Positions 1 to 10,474 of a DNA stretch of 64,000 bases are shown piece by piece. The notes under the pieces were generated by a model, which did not search any database, was not told the origin of the DNA, and saw only the letters and a list, made by a program, of their open reading frames with translations. The stretch is from Candidatus Binatia bacterium. GTDB taxonomy: Bacteria > Desulfobacterota > Binatia > Bin18. Both the position numbers and the translations under genes were made by a program. The stretch lies in contig OY761159.2 of NCBI GenBank assembly GCA_963664395.2, positions 3,513,710 to 3,577,709 on the forward strand, written 5' to 3'. How positions within the stretch are numbered: position 1 is the first letter of the stretch; each line of letters opens with the position of its first letter.

Positions 1-1
1 T

Positions 2-334
2 GTCCAAGCCCGCATCGCCCAACTCACTGGACGGATGCAGCAACTCTCGCTGTATGATCTATCGAGTATTCCAAAAGCTTCGATTGCCTATGGCAGCCGG
101 GTAAAACTTGAAGAAGTCGGTTCGGGTGATGTTGTTGAGTATCAGATTGTTTTTCCCGAAGAAGTTGACCCCGCTGTGGGACAAATTTCACTCCACTCTC
201 CGATTGGTCAGGCTCTCTTGCACAAGGAGCTCGACGACGAGGTAGAGATAGTAACCCCTCAGGGGAAGCAGTCCTACACTATTATTGATCTGGCAACACT
301 GCGTGATATTGAGAACGGTAGAGAGAAGGAATGA
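2..334 (+). CDS. greA: Transcription elongation factor GreA, C-terminal part (5' end lies outside the window)
   Basis: The frame is open from the window edge. The translation '...GSRVKLEEVGSGDVVEYQIV...ISLHSPIGQALLHKELDDEVEIVTPQGKQSYTII' looks like the GreA/GreB C-terminal domain. Confidence 0.8.
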   Translation, partial: VQARIAQLTGRMQQLSLYDLSSIPKASIAYGSRVKLEEVGSGDVVEYQIVFPEEVDPAVGQISLHSPIGQALLHKELDDEVEIVTPQGKQSYTIIDLATLRDIENGREKE

Positions 335-398
335 GGTGGGATACGCCTCTTGCGTGATGGGAGCGGATCGTTTAGCGTAGTGGAGGAAAGCGAGGGGA

Positions 399-426
399 AA
401 GTGGGCGGGAGCCCACTTTTTTTTTC
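399..426 (+). terminator. Rho-independent terminator after greA
   Basis: Hairpin agtgggc-ggga-gcccact followed by a T9 run, ending 4 nt before the rimP ATG. Confidence 0.6.
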
Positions 427-429
427 AAT

Positions 430-960
430 ATGCAACCCTCAGTCCAAGAGATTATTCAGCAGATTGAGAAAATTAGCACTCCTCTAGCCGAGGATGAAGG
501 CTTTGAGCTGTGGGGTGTGGCTCTGTTGACCGAGGGAGGCCGTTGGGTACTGCGGGTTTTGCTTGAAAGCGAAAATGGGGTGACGCTTGACGATTGTACG
601 CGAGTCCATCGACAACTTAACGATTTGCTTGATGTTCATGACCCTATTCCATGGCGCTATACACTTGAGGTGTCTTCTCCGGGCATTAACCGTCCGCTCT
701 TTCGCCTCAGCCATTATCAACGCTACCTGGGACAACCGATCCGCTTACAGACGAAGACCGCCCAGGATGGTAAGCGGGCTTTCATTGGCCCTATATGTGA
801 AGTAGAAGAGAGCGCTATTAGCCTAGTTGACCAAGAAAGAGGAAAGGTTCGTATTGGCTGGGCAGATGTGGCGCGTGCCCATGTTGATCTTCCCCCACCC
901 CTGCCTGGTAAAAGTCCTGGGAAGAAGAAACGCAAAAGCGGACGACGTCAGATGAGGTAA
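430..960 (+). CDS. rimP: Ribosome maturation factor RimP
   Basis: 176-aa ORF immediately upstream of nusA. It carries the motif 'YTLEVSSPGINRPL' typical of RimP, and the rimP-nusA-infB order is conserved. Confidence 0.85.
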   Translation: MQPSVQEIIQQIEKISTPLAEDEGFELWGVALLTEGGRWVLRVLLESENGVTLDDCTRVHRQLNDLLDVHDPIPWRYTLEVSSPGINRPLFRLSHYQRYLGQPIRLQTKTAQDGKRAFIGPICEVEESAISLVDQERGKVRIGWADVARAHVDLPPPLPGKSPGKKKRKSGRRQMR

Positions 961-965
961 CCGTT

Positions 966-2372
966 ATGCCGTCAGACTTGAATCGTGTGATCGAACAAGT
1001 CAGTAGAGAAAAAGGGATGGACCGGAACGTCATTGTTGAGGCGCTTGAGAGTGCCATGCTGTCTGCGGCCCGTCGGACCTTTGGGCAAAAGCAGATCGAA
1101 GCGAAGTTTAATGAGGAAATAGGTGAGGTTGAACTCTTTGAAATTAAAACTGTTGTCGGGAGCGTGACAGACGCGGAAACCGAAATAGGAATGACTGACG
1201 CGCAAGAGACACTCGACCCTGAGGCGCAGATTGGCGACGAGCTGCTCAGCAAGCTCCCGACGGCTTCTTTTGGACGCATTGCAGCCCAAGTGGCAAAACA
1301 GAGCGTCATCCAGAAGGTGCGCGAAGCAGAGCGCGAGCTGATCTATAATGAATTTAAGAATCGTAAAGGCGAAATCTTCTCGGGGATCGTCCAACGAGTC
1401 GAACGGCGTAACATCATTGTCAATTTGGGTCGCACTGATGCGATTCTGCCCGAAAAGGAGCAGATTCCATGGGAGCGCTACCGTCAGGGAGACCGTATAC
1501 GGGCGTATATCCTTGATGTCGATATGGCGCAAAAAGGCCCCCAGATAGTTCTCTCTCGAACCCACCCCGGATTCTTGATCAAGCTGTTCGAACAAGAGGC
1601 CCCGGAGGTGTACGAAGGGATTGTGGAAATCAAAGGTGCAGCCCGAGAACCGGGGGCGCGCGCAAAGATAGGTGTGTACTCAACCGACTCGGATGTCGAT
1701 CCTGTTGGAGCCTGTGTTGGGATGAAGGGGACGCGTGTCCAGGCGGTTGTCCAAGAACTCCGGGGAGAACGGATAGACATCGTTCCGTGGACGTCTGACC
1801 CAGCTGAATATGTCTGTCGAGCCATCCTGCCGGCCAAGGTTGCCAAAATTATTCTTGATGAAGATGAAAACACGATGGAAGTGATCGTCCCGGATGATCA
1901 GCTCTCTCTTGCCATTGGGAAGAAGGGCCAAAATGTCCGCCTGGCTTCACGTCTGACAAACTGGAAGCTGGACGTCCGGTCTGAGTCAGAAGTAGAGTTG
2001 GAACATGCCCAAGTACTTGAAGTGTTGAATGCCATCCCGGGGATAGGGGAGTCGAACGCAGATATTACGGCAGAGCTCTTGTATCAGCAAGGCTTTAAGT
2101 CGGCCCAAGAGATAGCAGGTGTCGATATTGATGCGCTGCTTGAAATCGAAGGGATCGGACCAGAGCGGGCTCCTGCGATTTGGGAAGCGGCCAGGCAGCA
2201 GGCGGAGAAAGTAGCGGCGGAACAAGAGGCTGGGCTCGGTGATCAGGGCACAGCGGCTGTTGCTGTGCCGGAAGCACAGGTCGGAAGCACAGGTGCCGGA
2301 AGCACAGGTGCCGGAAGCACAGGTGCCGGAAGCACAGGTGCCGGAAGAACCCGCCGAGGCAAGCGACAGTGA
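966..2372 (+). CDS. nusA: Transcription termination/antitermination factor NusA
   Basis: 468 aa with S1 and KH regions ('GIVQRVERRNIIVNLG', 'GACVGMKGTRVQAVVQEL', 'LAIGKKGQNVRLASRLT'). The C-terminal tail contains a GSTGA repeat. Confidence 0.95.
   Translation: MPSDLNRVIEQVSREKGMDRNVIVEALESAMLSAARRTFGQKQIEAKFNEEIGEVELFEIKTVVGSVTDAETEIGMTDAQETLDPEAQIGDELLSKLPTASFGRIAAQVAKQSVIQKVREAERELIYNEFKNRKGEIFSGIVQRVERRNIIVNLGRTDAILPEKEQIPWERYRQGDRIRAYILDVDMAQKGPQIVLSRTHPGFLIKLFEQEAPEVYEGIVEIKGAAREPGARAKIGVYSTDSDVDPVGACVGMKGTRVQAVVQELRGERIDIVPWTSDPAEYVCRAILPAKVAKIILDEDENTMEVIVPDDQLSLAIGKKGQNVRLASRLTNWKLDVRSESEVELEHAQVLEVLNAIPGIGESNADITAELLYQQGFKSAQEIAGVDIDALLEIEGIGPERAPAIWEAARQQAEKVAAEQEAGLGDQGTAAVAVPEAQVGSTGAGSTGAGSTGAGSTGAGRTRRGKRQ
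2269..2342 (+). repeat. 15-nt tandem repeat (about 5 copies of ggaagcacaggtgcc) inside the nusA 3' end
   Basis: Direct reading of the sequence. It encodes (GSTGA)n in frame. Confidence 0.9.
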
Positions 2373-2414
2373 GGGAGACGGCGCAGAGACGACAGCGGAA
2401 GTCTCTGAGGACGC

Positions 2415-2681
2415 ATGAAGCACAACGAGCCGATTCGGACCTGTCTGGGATGTAGCCGGCGAGAGAAGAAAAGCCGGTTATTACGGTTGACGGTGACGTC
2501 TGAGGGGCGGATCGTTCCCGATCAAAGACGGGGTCGAGGTGGGTATCTTCATTCAAGCCGAGAATGTGTTAATGCTTTTGTCAATACACGGACGAAGAAT
2601 TGTCGTTCATTACGAGCGGTATTCTCCCGGGAGGTACGGGCCAGCTACGCTGCCCTGATTGAATCCAGCCTGTCGGTGTGA
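2415..2681 (+). CDS. YlxR/RnpM-family (DUF448) RNA-binding protein
   Basis: 88 aa with 'RTCLGCSRREKKSRLLRL', the typical YlxR N-terminal motif. It occupies the conserved position between nusA and infB. Confidence 0.8.
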   Translation: MKHNEPIRTCLGCSRREKKSRLLRLTVTSEGRIVPDQRRGRGGYLHSSRECVNAFVNTRTKNCRSLRAVFSREVRASYAALIESSLSV

Positions 2682-2701
2682 AGAGACGGCGATGAGGTCA
2701 T

Positions 2702-5563
2702 ATGTCACGGAAGCGTATCCATGAATTAGCCAAGGAATGGGGAGTCGGAACGCGGCAAGTTCTTACTCAGCTTGAAGCGCAGGGTATCCATCGGAAAAAA
2801 GCCCAGAGCATGCTCTCGGAACAAGAGGCCGCCGCCGTGCATCAGGCTATTCAGCCACCCGCGGCTCCCTCGCTGGTGCTCGGGGAAGAAAAAGTCGTTG
2901 CCGAGCGTGTTGTCACCGAGCTTGACCAGCAAAGAGAGCATGTCGTTACGGCTCGGGAAGAGATTCGCGAGAATCGAATTCGCCCAAACGTTATTCGACG
3001 CCGAAAGCGCGTCGAAGTCCTGAACGCTGATACGGCTACGTGGTCTGAATCCGCACCTGTCGCATTTTCAGCGCCAACGGTCGAAGAGCCGCTTCCGACG
3101 TTTGCTCCTACAGCGTTTGATCTCCCGGTACAAGATCCAGCTCCGAGCATGCCTGAATCCCACTCTGCCGAGGCACCCGCCGTTGAGCCCCCTCCTGCAG
3201 CAGTGGATGCGCTCCACCAACAGGAGTCCCCTGGCGACGTTGCTGACCTATCCGTACCAGTGTCGGTTGACGGCGGAACAGCGAGCGCAGAGGAAGGAAA
3301 GGGGTCTCCTGAACAAGCGGCGCCCAGTTCCGTAATCACCAGCGGTGACATCCCTGCCGAGGCACAGCAACGCGCGGTTGTGACAGCAGCACCCACTCCA
3401 GGAGACGCCAGTAAAAATTTGGTCCCAGCGTCAATGAACCTCAGCAGCGAGGGTCCTCGTTCGGCACGTGTGCTTGGACGGATTGATCTTGGCAAATTCG
3501 CCGTGCCCCCTGCCCCGCGGCGGGATGGTTTCACCCGGCCGGGCTCTTCTACCCCCTTTGCTACCGATGCCGGCATCCGTGAGCCTACGAGTGGTGAAGG
3601 AACAGCTGCTCCTGGGAAAAAGCGAGGCAAGAAGCGCAAGGTCATCCGGAACGCAGAGTCGCTCGATGTCCAAGAGCGAGCGACGCACGTCGCGCGCGGG
3701 GCCAAAAAGAGACGGCTGCTTCCGAGCAAGGATCAGCGCCAGACCGAAATTACGGTTCCCAAGGCCAGCAAGCGAGTTGTTCGTATATCCGAAGTGATTA
3801 CCGTTGGAGATTTGGCCCATAGCCTCGGAGTGAAGGTTGGGGAGGTCATTAAAAAGTTGATGGGTCTTGGGGTCATGGCGACCATTAATCAGATCCTCGA
3901 TCATGATACGGCTTCGCTTGTGGCTGCTGACTTCGAATATACGGTCGAGAATGTTGCCTTTGATGCGGAGTCTGTTCTGGAAGACGAGCACGAAGCTCCA
4001 GAGGATGAGGGCGCGCTCGAGACTCGGCCGCCGGTTGTGACCATCATGGGGCATGTAGACCATGGGAAAACGTCGCTGTTGGATAAAATCCGGCAGACGA
4101 ATGTCACCGCTCACGAACAAGGCGGGATCACTCAACACATTGGGGCATATAGCGTGCCGGTCGAAAACCGCAGTGTGACGTTTCTTGACACCCCGGGCCA
4201 TGAGGCATTCACGTCTATGCGTGCCCGTGGAGCGAAGGCAACGGATATTGTCACGCTCGTAGTGGCTGCGGACGATGGCGTCATGCCCCAGACGATCGAG
4301 GCCATTAATCACGCCCGGGCAGCCGAGGTGCCCATTATTGTTGCGGTGAATAAAATAGACAAACCAGGCGCAGATAGTGAACGGGTAAAGCGCGAATTGA
4401 TATCTCATGGTCTGGTCGCAGAGGATATGGGCGGGGACATTATTTTCGCTCCGATTTCAGCACTCACCGGAGAGGGGATTGAGCATCTCTTGGAAATGCT
4501 TATTCTCCAGGCTGACATCATGGAGCTGCGAGCAAATCCGAACAAATTTGCTCGCGGGGTCATTGTGGAAGCCCAGCTTGATCGGGGTCGTGGGCCGGTC
4601 GCTACCGTGCTGGTCCAAGAGGGAGAGTTGAAAGTCGGTGACTCATTCGTGTGTGGTACGAAACACGGCCGGGTCAGGGCAATGCTTGATAGTTTGGGCA
4701 AGAAGGTGCCAGTTGCCTCTCCCTCGATGCCTGTAGAGATTCTTGGTCTGACCGGAGTGCCTGAGGCGGGGGATACGTTTGTCGCTATTGGTGATGAAGC
4801 CAAGGCGCGCCAGATTGCAGAACACCGCACCGAGAAGCGACGTGAGAGCCAATTGACAAAGAGTAGCCGGACCTCACTTGAAGACTTTTATCAACAAGCC
4901 CAAGCCGGAGAAGTGCAAGAGCTTCGGGTTATTATTAAAGCAGATGTCCAAGGCTCCGCCGAAGCTGTGCGCGATGCCCTGACTCGGTTGTCTACCGACG
5001 AGGTAAGGCTCACCGTGCTCCACGCGTCTGTTGGCGGCATCTCCGAATCCGATGTCTTACTCGCCTCAGCCTCGAAGGGCGTTATTATCGGATTTAATGT
5101 CCGTCCCGAGGTCAAGGCCGCTCAGCTTGCGGACCGAGAGGGCATCGATCTGCGACTGTACGGCATTATTTATAATGCCATTGCTGATGTTCGTGCGGCT
5201 ATGGAGGGCATGCTTACTCCGACCTATAAAGAAAAGCCGCTTGGTCGAGCAGAAGTCCGAGAGGTCTTCTCGGTTTCAAAAATGGGACTGATTGCCGGTT
5301 GCATGGTTGTGGAAGGCGGGGTCACTCGCGGTGCTCAGGTCCGGGTTGTGCGTGATCACGTTGTGGTCCACACCGGTCGCCTTTCGACGCTGCGTCGATT
5401 TAAGAACGATGTGCGAGAGGTCGCAGCGGGAACGGAATGCGGGGCCAGTGTCGAAAATTTTCAGGACGTCAAAGTGGGCGATGTCTTGGAGGTGTATGAG
5501 CTCGAAGAAGTCGCGCGCCACCTCGAACCACGCTCCCAAGAAGTGGAACGCCGCGCTTCGTAG
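2702..5563 (+). CDS. infB: Translation initiation factor IF-2
   Basis: 953 aa. GTPase motifs '[12 protein letters not shown]', 'DTPGHEAF' and 'NKID' are present, with a long low-complexity N-terminal region. Confidence 0.97.
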   Translation: MSRKRIHELAKEWGVGTRQVLTQLEAQGIHRKKAQSMLSEQEAAAVHQAIQPPAAPSLVLGEEKVVAERVVTELDQQREHVVTAREEIRENRIRPNVIRRRKRVEVLNADTATWSESAPVAFSAPTVEEPLPTFAPTAFDLPVQDPAPSMPESHSAEAPAVEPPPAAVDALHQQESPGDVADLSVPVSVDGGTASAEEGKGSPEQAAPSSVITSGDIPAEAQQRAVVTAAPTPGDASKNLVPASMNLSSEGPRSARVLGRIDLGKFAVPPAPRRDGFTRPGSSTPFATDAGIREPTSGEGTAAPGKKRGKKRKVIRNAESLDVQERATHVARGAKKRRLLPSKDQRQTEITVPKASKRVVRISEVITVGDLAHSLGVKVGEVIKKLMGLGVMATINQILDHDTASLVAADFEYTVENVAFDAESVLEDEHEAPEDEGALETRPPVVTIMGHVDHGKTSLLDKIRQTNVTAHEQGGITQHIGAYSVPVENRSVTFLDTPGHEAFTSMRARGAKATDIVTLVVAADDGVMPQTIEAINHARAAEVPIIVAVNKIDKPGADSERVKRELISHGLVAEDMGGDIIFAPISALTGEGIEHLLEMLILQADIMELRANPNKFARGVIVEAQLDRGRGPVATVLVQEGELKVGDSFVCGTKHGRVRAMLDSLGKKVPVASPSMPVEILGLTGVPEAGDTFVAIGDEAKARQIAEHRTEKRRESQLTKSSRTSLEDFYQQAQAGEVQELRVIIKADVQGSAEAVRDALTRLSTDEVRLTVLHASVGGISESDVLLASASKGVIIGFNVRPEVKAAQLADREGIDLRLYGIIYNAIADVRAAMEGMLTPTYKEKPLGRAEVREVFSVSKMGLIAGCMVVEGGVTRGAQVRVVRDHVVVHTGRLSTLRRFKNDVREVAAGTECGASVENFQDVKVGDVLEVYELEEVARHLEPRSQEVERRAS

Positions 5564-5652
5564 TCGGTACAGGGGGAAAGCGGGGAGTTGGTGCGGACAG
5601 GCGACTCTGGCCTGCCGCCTATCCGCTCCCGTGTCATATCGGGAGGTGGCCG

Positions 5653-5940
5653 ATGGTTGTGGGCGTGCTCCGACTGATCCTCTACTGTCATGCGAGTCAT
5701 TCCTTAAAAGAGAAACGTGGCGTCGTTCGGAAGATAAAGAGCCGCGTCCGGAACGAATTCAACGTTTCAGTCGCAGAGTGCGCCGAGCAAGACCAGTGGC
5801 AAACCATTGTTCTCGCGGTCTGCCAAGTCGGCTCCGATCATGCCTATGTTGAGGGAACATTACAGGCAGTGACGAACTTTATTGAACGGCTGCATGTGGC
5901 TGAGCTGGGTGAGACGCAGGTCGAAATCCTGCATTGCTAA
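5653..5940 (+). CDS. DUF503-family protein (YlxP-like)
   Basis: 95 aa with 'LILYCHASHSLKEKRGVVRKIKSRVRNEFNVSVAE'. It occupies the conserved slot between infB and rbfA. Confidence 0.75.
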   Translation: MVVGVLRLILYCHASHSLKEKRGVVRKIKSRVRNEFNVSVAECAEQDQWQTIVLAVCQVGSDHAYVEGTLQAVTNFIERLHVAELGETQVEILHC

Positions 5941-5984
5941 AGGCGATGTGGTGATCTCAATGCGCCGCCTGAATAAATATTATT

Positions 5985-6341
5985 ATGCCTGTCCGTCGTC
6001 CTGAACGTGTGAGTGGCCTGCTCCTCCACGCTGTTGCCGATATTGTGTTGCGAGAAGTGAGAGACCCCAGAGTAAGCGGGGTGACCGTCACTGCCGCGAC
6101 ACTGAGTCCTGATCTCCGCCTGGCGCGTATTTTCGTGCGGACCCTCCAGGGCAACACGGACGAAACACGGGCCGACGCACTGGCCGGTCTCCAGAGTGCG
6201 GCTGGCTATATCCGCCGTCAGGTGGCAGCTCGTTTGCAACTCCGTTATACCCCAACGCTTAAATTTACCTATGACAATACACCGGATGAGGTAAACCACC
6301 TGGAAAATATTTTTCATAAAATAAAACAGGAAGATCACTAG
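5985..6341 (+). CDS. rbfA: Ribosome-binding factor A
   Basis: 118 aa with 'RPERVSGLLLHAVADIVLREVRDPR...VTVTAATLSPDLRLARIF'. Confidence 0.9.
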   Translation: MPVRRPERVSGLLLHAVADIVLREVRDPRVSGVTVTAATLSPDLRLARIFVRTLQGNTDETRADALAGLQSAAGYIRRQVAARLQLRYTPTLKFTYDNTPDEVNHLENIFHKIKQEDH

Positions 6342-7225
6342 TGGCCGGACTTGATGGCATCCTCCTCATTGATAAGCCGGCAGGGCCTGCGTCTGCGGAG
6401 GTTGTCCGTATTCTCAAAAAGGCGTTGCGGGTCAAAAAAATTGGTCATCTCGGGACGCTTGACCCCTTTGCCAGTGGCCTGCTGCCCCTATGTCTTGGTG
6501 CTGGAACCAAACTCTCGCAGTTTCTCATGGCGGAACGCAAGTCCTATGCAGGGACGTTACAGCTCGGCGTCGAGACCGATACGCTCGACTGTACTGGGAC
6601 GGTCACGCGCACAGTCCCTATTCCGGATTATACTCCGGCGCTGTTGAAAAAGCTCGAGCAGCGGTTTGTCGGCGCCTATTGGCAGACCCCGCCTATGTAT
6701 TCCGCGCTCAAACGACAAGGTGTCCCTCTGTATAAACTGGCCCGCCAGGGTATTGAAGTGGAGCGAGAGCCGCGGCAGGTGCAGGTGTACCACCTCGCGC
6801 TGGCACTCGGAGAGCAGCACGCTATTCATTTTTCTGTCTCGTGCTCAAAGGGAACATATATTCGGGTCCTGGCCGCAGATATCGGAGCGGCTCTGAACAG
6901 TGTCGCCCATCTGACGAGTCTCCGTCGGACGACTTTTGGGTCGTTTACCATCGACCAAGCCATCCCGCTCTCTCGGGCCCAGGATCCACACCAGGGGCAG
7001 GTTCTCCCCCTGCTGTCATTAGTCCAAGCGACCCAGGCCTACCGGACCTTTTTCGTATCGGCCCAGGACGTAGCGCTCCTCCGGCGTGGACAGCAGTCCG
7101 TTTTACAGACCCTCCCGGCAGCCCAGGCTGCAGGAGAGACTGCCCGGATTCTTAGTTCAGACAGTGAATTGATTGCCATTGTCACATTTGAGGCGATGGC
7201 GTGGAAGCTCGTCCGCGTCTTTTAA
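6341..7225 (+). CDS. truB: tRNA pseudouridine-55 synthase TruB
   Basis: 294 aa with '[13 protein letters not shown]...[14 protein letters not shown]'. The GTG start overlaps the rbfA stop. Confidence 0.9.
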   Translation: MAGLDGILLIDKPAGPASAEVVRILKKALRVKKIGHLGTLDPFASGLLPLCLGAGTKLSQFLMAERKSYAGTLQLGVETDTLDCTGTVTRTVPIPDYTPALLKKLEQRFVGAYWQTPPMYSALKRQGVPLYKLARQGIEVEREPRQVQVYHLALALGEQHAIHFSVSCSKGTYIRVLAADIGAALNSVAHLTSLRRTTFGSFTIDQAIPLSRAQDPHQGQVLPLLSLVQATQAYRTFFVSAQDVALLRRGQQSVLQTLPAAQAAGETARILSSDSELIAIVTFEAMAWKLVRVF

Positions 7226-7289
7226 CTTTACACTAGGCAAACAGCGTGTTAAGAGCGGGAAAAGGAATAACCAAGGAGAAGGAAGAGAT

Positions 7290-7556
7290 ATGCAGGAGGC
7301 TGAACAGAAAAGCGAAACCATCAGTCAGTTTCGGGTGCATGACACGGATACGGGATCACCCGAAGTACAGATTGCCATTCTGACCAAACGGATCGTACAC
7401 CTCATCGAGCATTTCAAGATCCACAAAAAAGATCACCTCTCTCGGCGTGGCCTGCTCAAAATGGTTGGTCGTCGTCGTCGTTTGCTCGACTACCTACGGC
7501 GTGAGGATGTGCAGCGGTATCAAAGTATGCTCCAACGCCTCGGACTGCGACGCTAG
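7290..7556 (+). CDS. rpsO: 30S ribosomal protein S15
   Basis: The ATG at 7290 follows aaggagaagg. The 88-aa product contains '...[49 protein letters not shown]'. The upstream extension of the tracked ORF (from 7173) is not supported. Confidence 0.95.
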   Translation: MQEAEQKSETISQFRVHDTDTGSPEVQIAILTKRIVHLIEHFKIHKKDHLSRRGLLKMVGRRRRLLDYLRREDVQRYQSMLQRLGLRR

Positions 7557-7646
7557 GTCAACTCTCGCGTCCCTTTTGTCCAGCGTTGTGGAGAGAGCTG
7601 CCGCTGTGTCGTAAGGACCGCGGCGCGGAAAAAATTGAAGGAAGAT

Positions 7647-9740
7647 ATGTATAAAAAGATCGAAATGGAATATTACGGACGCCCGCTGTCCATTGAAACC
7701 GGTCGTCTTGCCAAACAGACGAGTGGCGCGGCCCTCGTGCAATACGGGGAAACCGTTGTCCTTGTGACTGCGGTTGCATCACATTCGCCACGTGAGGGGA
7801 TCGACTTTTTCCCTCTGACTGTTGACTACCAGGAACGCACCTATGCGGCAGGAAAAATTCCTGGGGGATTTTTTAAGCGGGAAGGGCGTCCGGCAGAGCG
7901 CGAGGTTCTCACCTCGCGGGTTGTAGACCGAGCGATTCGGCCGCTCTTCCCAAAGGGCTTCGCCTGTGAGACCCAAATTGTCGCGTCTGTCTTATCGGTT
8001 GATCGAGAGAACGATGCCGATACGTTGGCCTTAATCGGTGCCTCTGCAGCCCTGCAAGTCTCCGATATCCCTTTCGGGGGGCCAATTGCCGGAATACGGG
8101 TTGGACGCTTGCAGGGGAAACTGGTGGTCAATCCGTTGCAGAGCCAATTCCAGGACAGCGATATTAACCTGTTTGTTGCCGCTGGCCGGGATGCCATTGT
8201 CATGGTTGAGGGCGGCGCGCGCATGGTATCTGAAGAAGACATGCTTGAGGCACTGTTCCTTGCTCAGGAAGCCGCGGCTCCGGTTCTCGACGTGCAGGAC
8301 GAACTTGTCCGGGTCGCCGGAAAGCCAAAACGACAGTTCGCGGAGCCCGCGATTGATACCGAGCTGGCTGATCGTGTTCGGGCCGCAGCGACCCAAAAGC
8401 TCAGTGCGGCTCTGACGATTGCGGCTAAACTGGAGCGCGGGGATGCCATCAAGTCCGCCAAGAAAGAAGCGACTGCGGCGCTCGGGGAAGAGTTCGCCGA
8501 CCGAGGCGGGGAGGTTGCAGAAGCCCTGGAAAAGCTGACCGGCGAAATCATGCGCACGGCGATTGTTGACCAGAGCCAGCGCGTAGATGGGCGCGGATTG
8601 ACTGATATTCGTCCCATCTCGTGTGAAGTCGGCATGCTGCCCCGAACGCATGGCTCGGCCCTTTTCACCCGAGGCGAAACGCAAGCCCTGGCGGTTGCGA
8701 CGCTGGGTACATCCGCAGACGAGCAACGGGTGGATGCCTTGATCGGTGAGCAGTACAGGAAATTCATGCTGCATTACAACTTCCCTCCTTTTAGTGTGGG
8801 GGAAGCACGTCCGATGCGGAATCCCGGACGGCGAGAGATTGGGCACGGCGCACTTGCCGAACGGGCCCTGCTGGCCGTTCTCCCGGCGGGAAATGAATTC
8901 CCCTATACTATCCGGGTAGTGTCGGAAATCCTGGAATCAAACGGCTCTTCCTCCATGGCCACCGTGTGTAGCGGCGCGCTTTCACTGATGGACGCTGGCG
9001 TCCCGATCGTGGCACCGGTCGCTGGCATTGCGATGGGACTGATCAAAGAAGGGGAAGAAGTCCGGATTCTCAGTGACATCCTGGGTGATGAGGATCATCT
9101 CGGCGATATGGACTTCAAGGTTGCGGGAACGGCTGACGGCATTACCGCGCTCCAAATGGATATCAAAATTGCCGGTGTAACGCGTGAGATTATGCGCCAG
9201 GCCTTGTATCAGGCCCGTGACGGGCGTTTACACATTCTTGGGAAGATGGCCGAGTCGCTCGAAACTCCCCGTGAACATATCGCAGAACATGCCCCGAGGA
9301 TTCTGACCCTTAAAATCAAGTCGGATAAAATTCGTGATCTCATTGGCCCGGGCGGGAAAATGATTCGCTCCATTGTCGAAGAGACTGGGGTGAAGATTGA
9401 TGTCGAAGACGACGGGACGGTGTCTGTTGCCTCCTCCGACGGAGACTCAATGGATCGGGCGATCAGTAGAATCTATGCCGTCACGGCTGATGCCGAGATA
9501 GGCAAGCTCTACACCGGAACGGTCAAGAAAGTGGTCGATTTCGGGGCTTTTGTCGAGATCCTACCCGGTAAAGAAGGGCTTGTGCACATCTCCCAACTTG
9601 CACCTGAACGCGTACGGCAGGTGACCGATATTGTTGATGAGGGGGATGAGATTATAGTCAAAGTCCTTGAGATCGATCGGCAGGGAAAAATTCGTCTCAG
9701 TCGGCGTGAAGCATTGGCCGACCAGGATGCTGCACGCTAG
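7647..9740 (+). CDS. pnp: Polyribonucleotide nucleotidyltransferase (PNPase)
   Basis: About 697 aa with two RNase PH domains plus KH and S1 ('[28 protein letters not shown]'). The ATG at 7647 follows gaaggaag; the TTG at 7635 is an alternative start. Confidence 0.95.
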   Translation: MYKKIEMEYYGRPLSIETGRLAKQTSGAALVQYGETVVLVTAVASHSPREGIDFFPLTVDYQERTYAAGKIPGGFFKREGRPAEREVLTSRVVDRAIRPLFPKGFACETQIVASVLSVDRENDADTLALIGASAALQVSDIPFGGPIAGIRVGRLQGKLVVNPLQSQFQDSDINLFVAAGRDAIVMVEGGARMVSEEDMLEALFLAQEAAAPVLDVQDELVRVAGKPKRQFAEPAIDTELADRVRAAATQKLSAALTIAAKLERGDAIKSAKKEATAALGEEFADRGGEVAEALEKLTGEIMRTAIVDQSQRVDGRGLTDIRPISCEVGMLPRTHGSALFTRGETQALAVATLGTSADEQRVDALIGEQYRKFMLHYNFPPFSVGEARPMRNPGRREIGHGALAERALLAVLPAGNEFPYTIRVVSEILESNGSSSMATVCSGALSLMDAGVPIVAPVAGIAMGLIKEGEEVRILSDILGDEDHLGDMDFKVAGTADGITALQMDIKIAGVTREIMRQALYQARDGRLHILGKMAESLETPREHIAEHAPRILTLKIKSDKIRDLIGPGGKMIRSIVEETGVKIDVEDDGTVSVASSDGDSMDRAISRIYAVTADAEIGKLYTGTVKKVVDFGAFVEILPGKEGLVHISQLAPERVRQVTDIVDEGDEIIVKVLEIDRQGKIRLSRREALADQDAAR

Positions 9741-9773
9741 CAGTACAGAGCACCACTGAAGGAGCACTATCGG

Positions 9774-10286
9774 GTGAGCGCACAGATCGTCGTTCCCATT
9801 ACGCGCGTGCGCCAGGCTGAACCGGGCGCGCCGTCGATCCCGCTTCCCCGCTATATGACTCCCGGCTCTGCCGGGATGGATATTGCCGCCGCTCTTACGG
9901 AAAGCGTCGTCCTTGCGCCGCTCCAACGGTGTGTGATTCCGACCGGATTCGCCTTGGCCCTGCCGCAGGATTACGAAGCCCAGATTCGCCCGCGCAGCGG
10001 ACTCGCGCTGCGCCACGGGCTTACCATCCTGAATGCTCCGGGAACGATAGACGCCGACTATCGGGAAGAGGTGAAGGTCTTACTCATTAATCTTGGCGAC
10101 AAACCGGTTGAGGTCAAACGGGGCGACCGCGTCGCCCAGCTCATCGTCGCTCCAGTGGCACGTGTCTGTTGGGCTGAAGTCGATACGCTCGGTTCCACGC
10201 GACGGCAGGGAGGGTTTGGTCATACGGGGACGGCAGCCTGCGCAGACCAGGACCCGACCGAAAAGAGTAAACGTGTCCTCCAATAG
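9774..10286 (+). CDS. dut: dUTP diphosphatase
   Basis: 170 aa with 'GSAGMDI', 'RSGLALRHG', '[10 protein letters not shown]' and motif V '[10 protein letters not shown]'. A 19-aa C-terminal extension runs into a hairpin repeat. Confidence 0.9.
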   Translation: MSAQIVVPITRVRQAEPGAPSIPLPRYMTPGSAGMDIAAALTESVVLAPLQRCVIPTGFALALPQDYEAQIRPRSGLALRHGLTILNAPGTIDADYREEVKVLLINLGDKPVEVKRGDRVAQLIVAPVARVCWAEVDTLGSTRRQGGFGHTGTAACADQDPTEKSKRVLQ

Positions 10287-10318
10287 ACATCAGATGCTGG
10301 ACACGTTTACTCTTTTTT
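10261..10318 (+). terminator. Hairpin terminator after dut; member of repeat family B
   Basis: aaaagagtaaacgtgtcc ... ggacacgtttactctttt followed by a T run. Related hairpins occur at 33037-33090 and 38687-38740. Confidence 0.7.
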
Positions 10319-10374
10319 GCAGTTGACTCTCGGCTGAAGTGTGGTAAATTCAGCATCTAATTATTGCACTCAAC

Positions 10375-10448
10375 GCGGGTGTAGCTCAGCTGGCTAGAGC
10401 GTGTGCTTGCCAAGCACAAGGTCGCCGGTTCGACCCCGGTCACCCGCT
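10375..10448 (+). tRNA. tRNA-Gly (anticodon GCC)
   Basis: Manual cloverleaf: acceptor gcgggtg/cacccgc, D arm gctc/gagc, anticodon stem tgtgc/gcaca with loop ttGCCaa, T arm gccgg-ttcgacc-ccggt. Confidence 0.85.
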
Positions 10449-10474
10449 TTCTTCTCTCCTGCCCCAGTTGCGTT

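Noticed and set aside
7173-7289. Longer rpsO ORF (127 aa) from the track.
   Set aside because: The extension overlaps the truB end and has no S15 homology. The ATG at 7290 has a strong RBS and gives a canonical ~89-aa S15.
7598-7635. An rpsO terminator or pnp leader hairpin, as known from E. coli.
   Set aside because: Only a weak 5-bp stem (gccgc/gcggc) with a 15-nt loop is present, followed by an A run rather than a U run. This is not enough to call a feature.
10403-10474. N-terminal extension of polA starting at the tracked ATG at 10403.
   Set aside because: It would overlap the tRNA-Gly(GCC) gene. The conserved PolI N-terminus ('FLVDGQSYIYRAF') begins just after the in-frame GTG at 10475.
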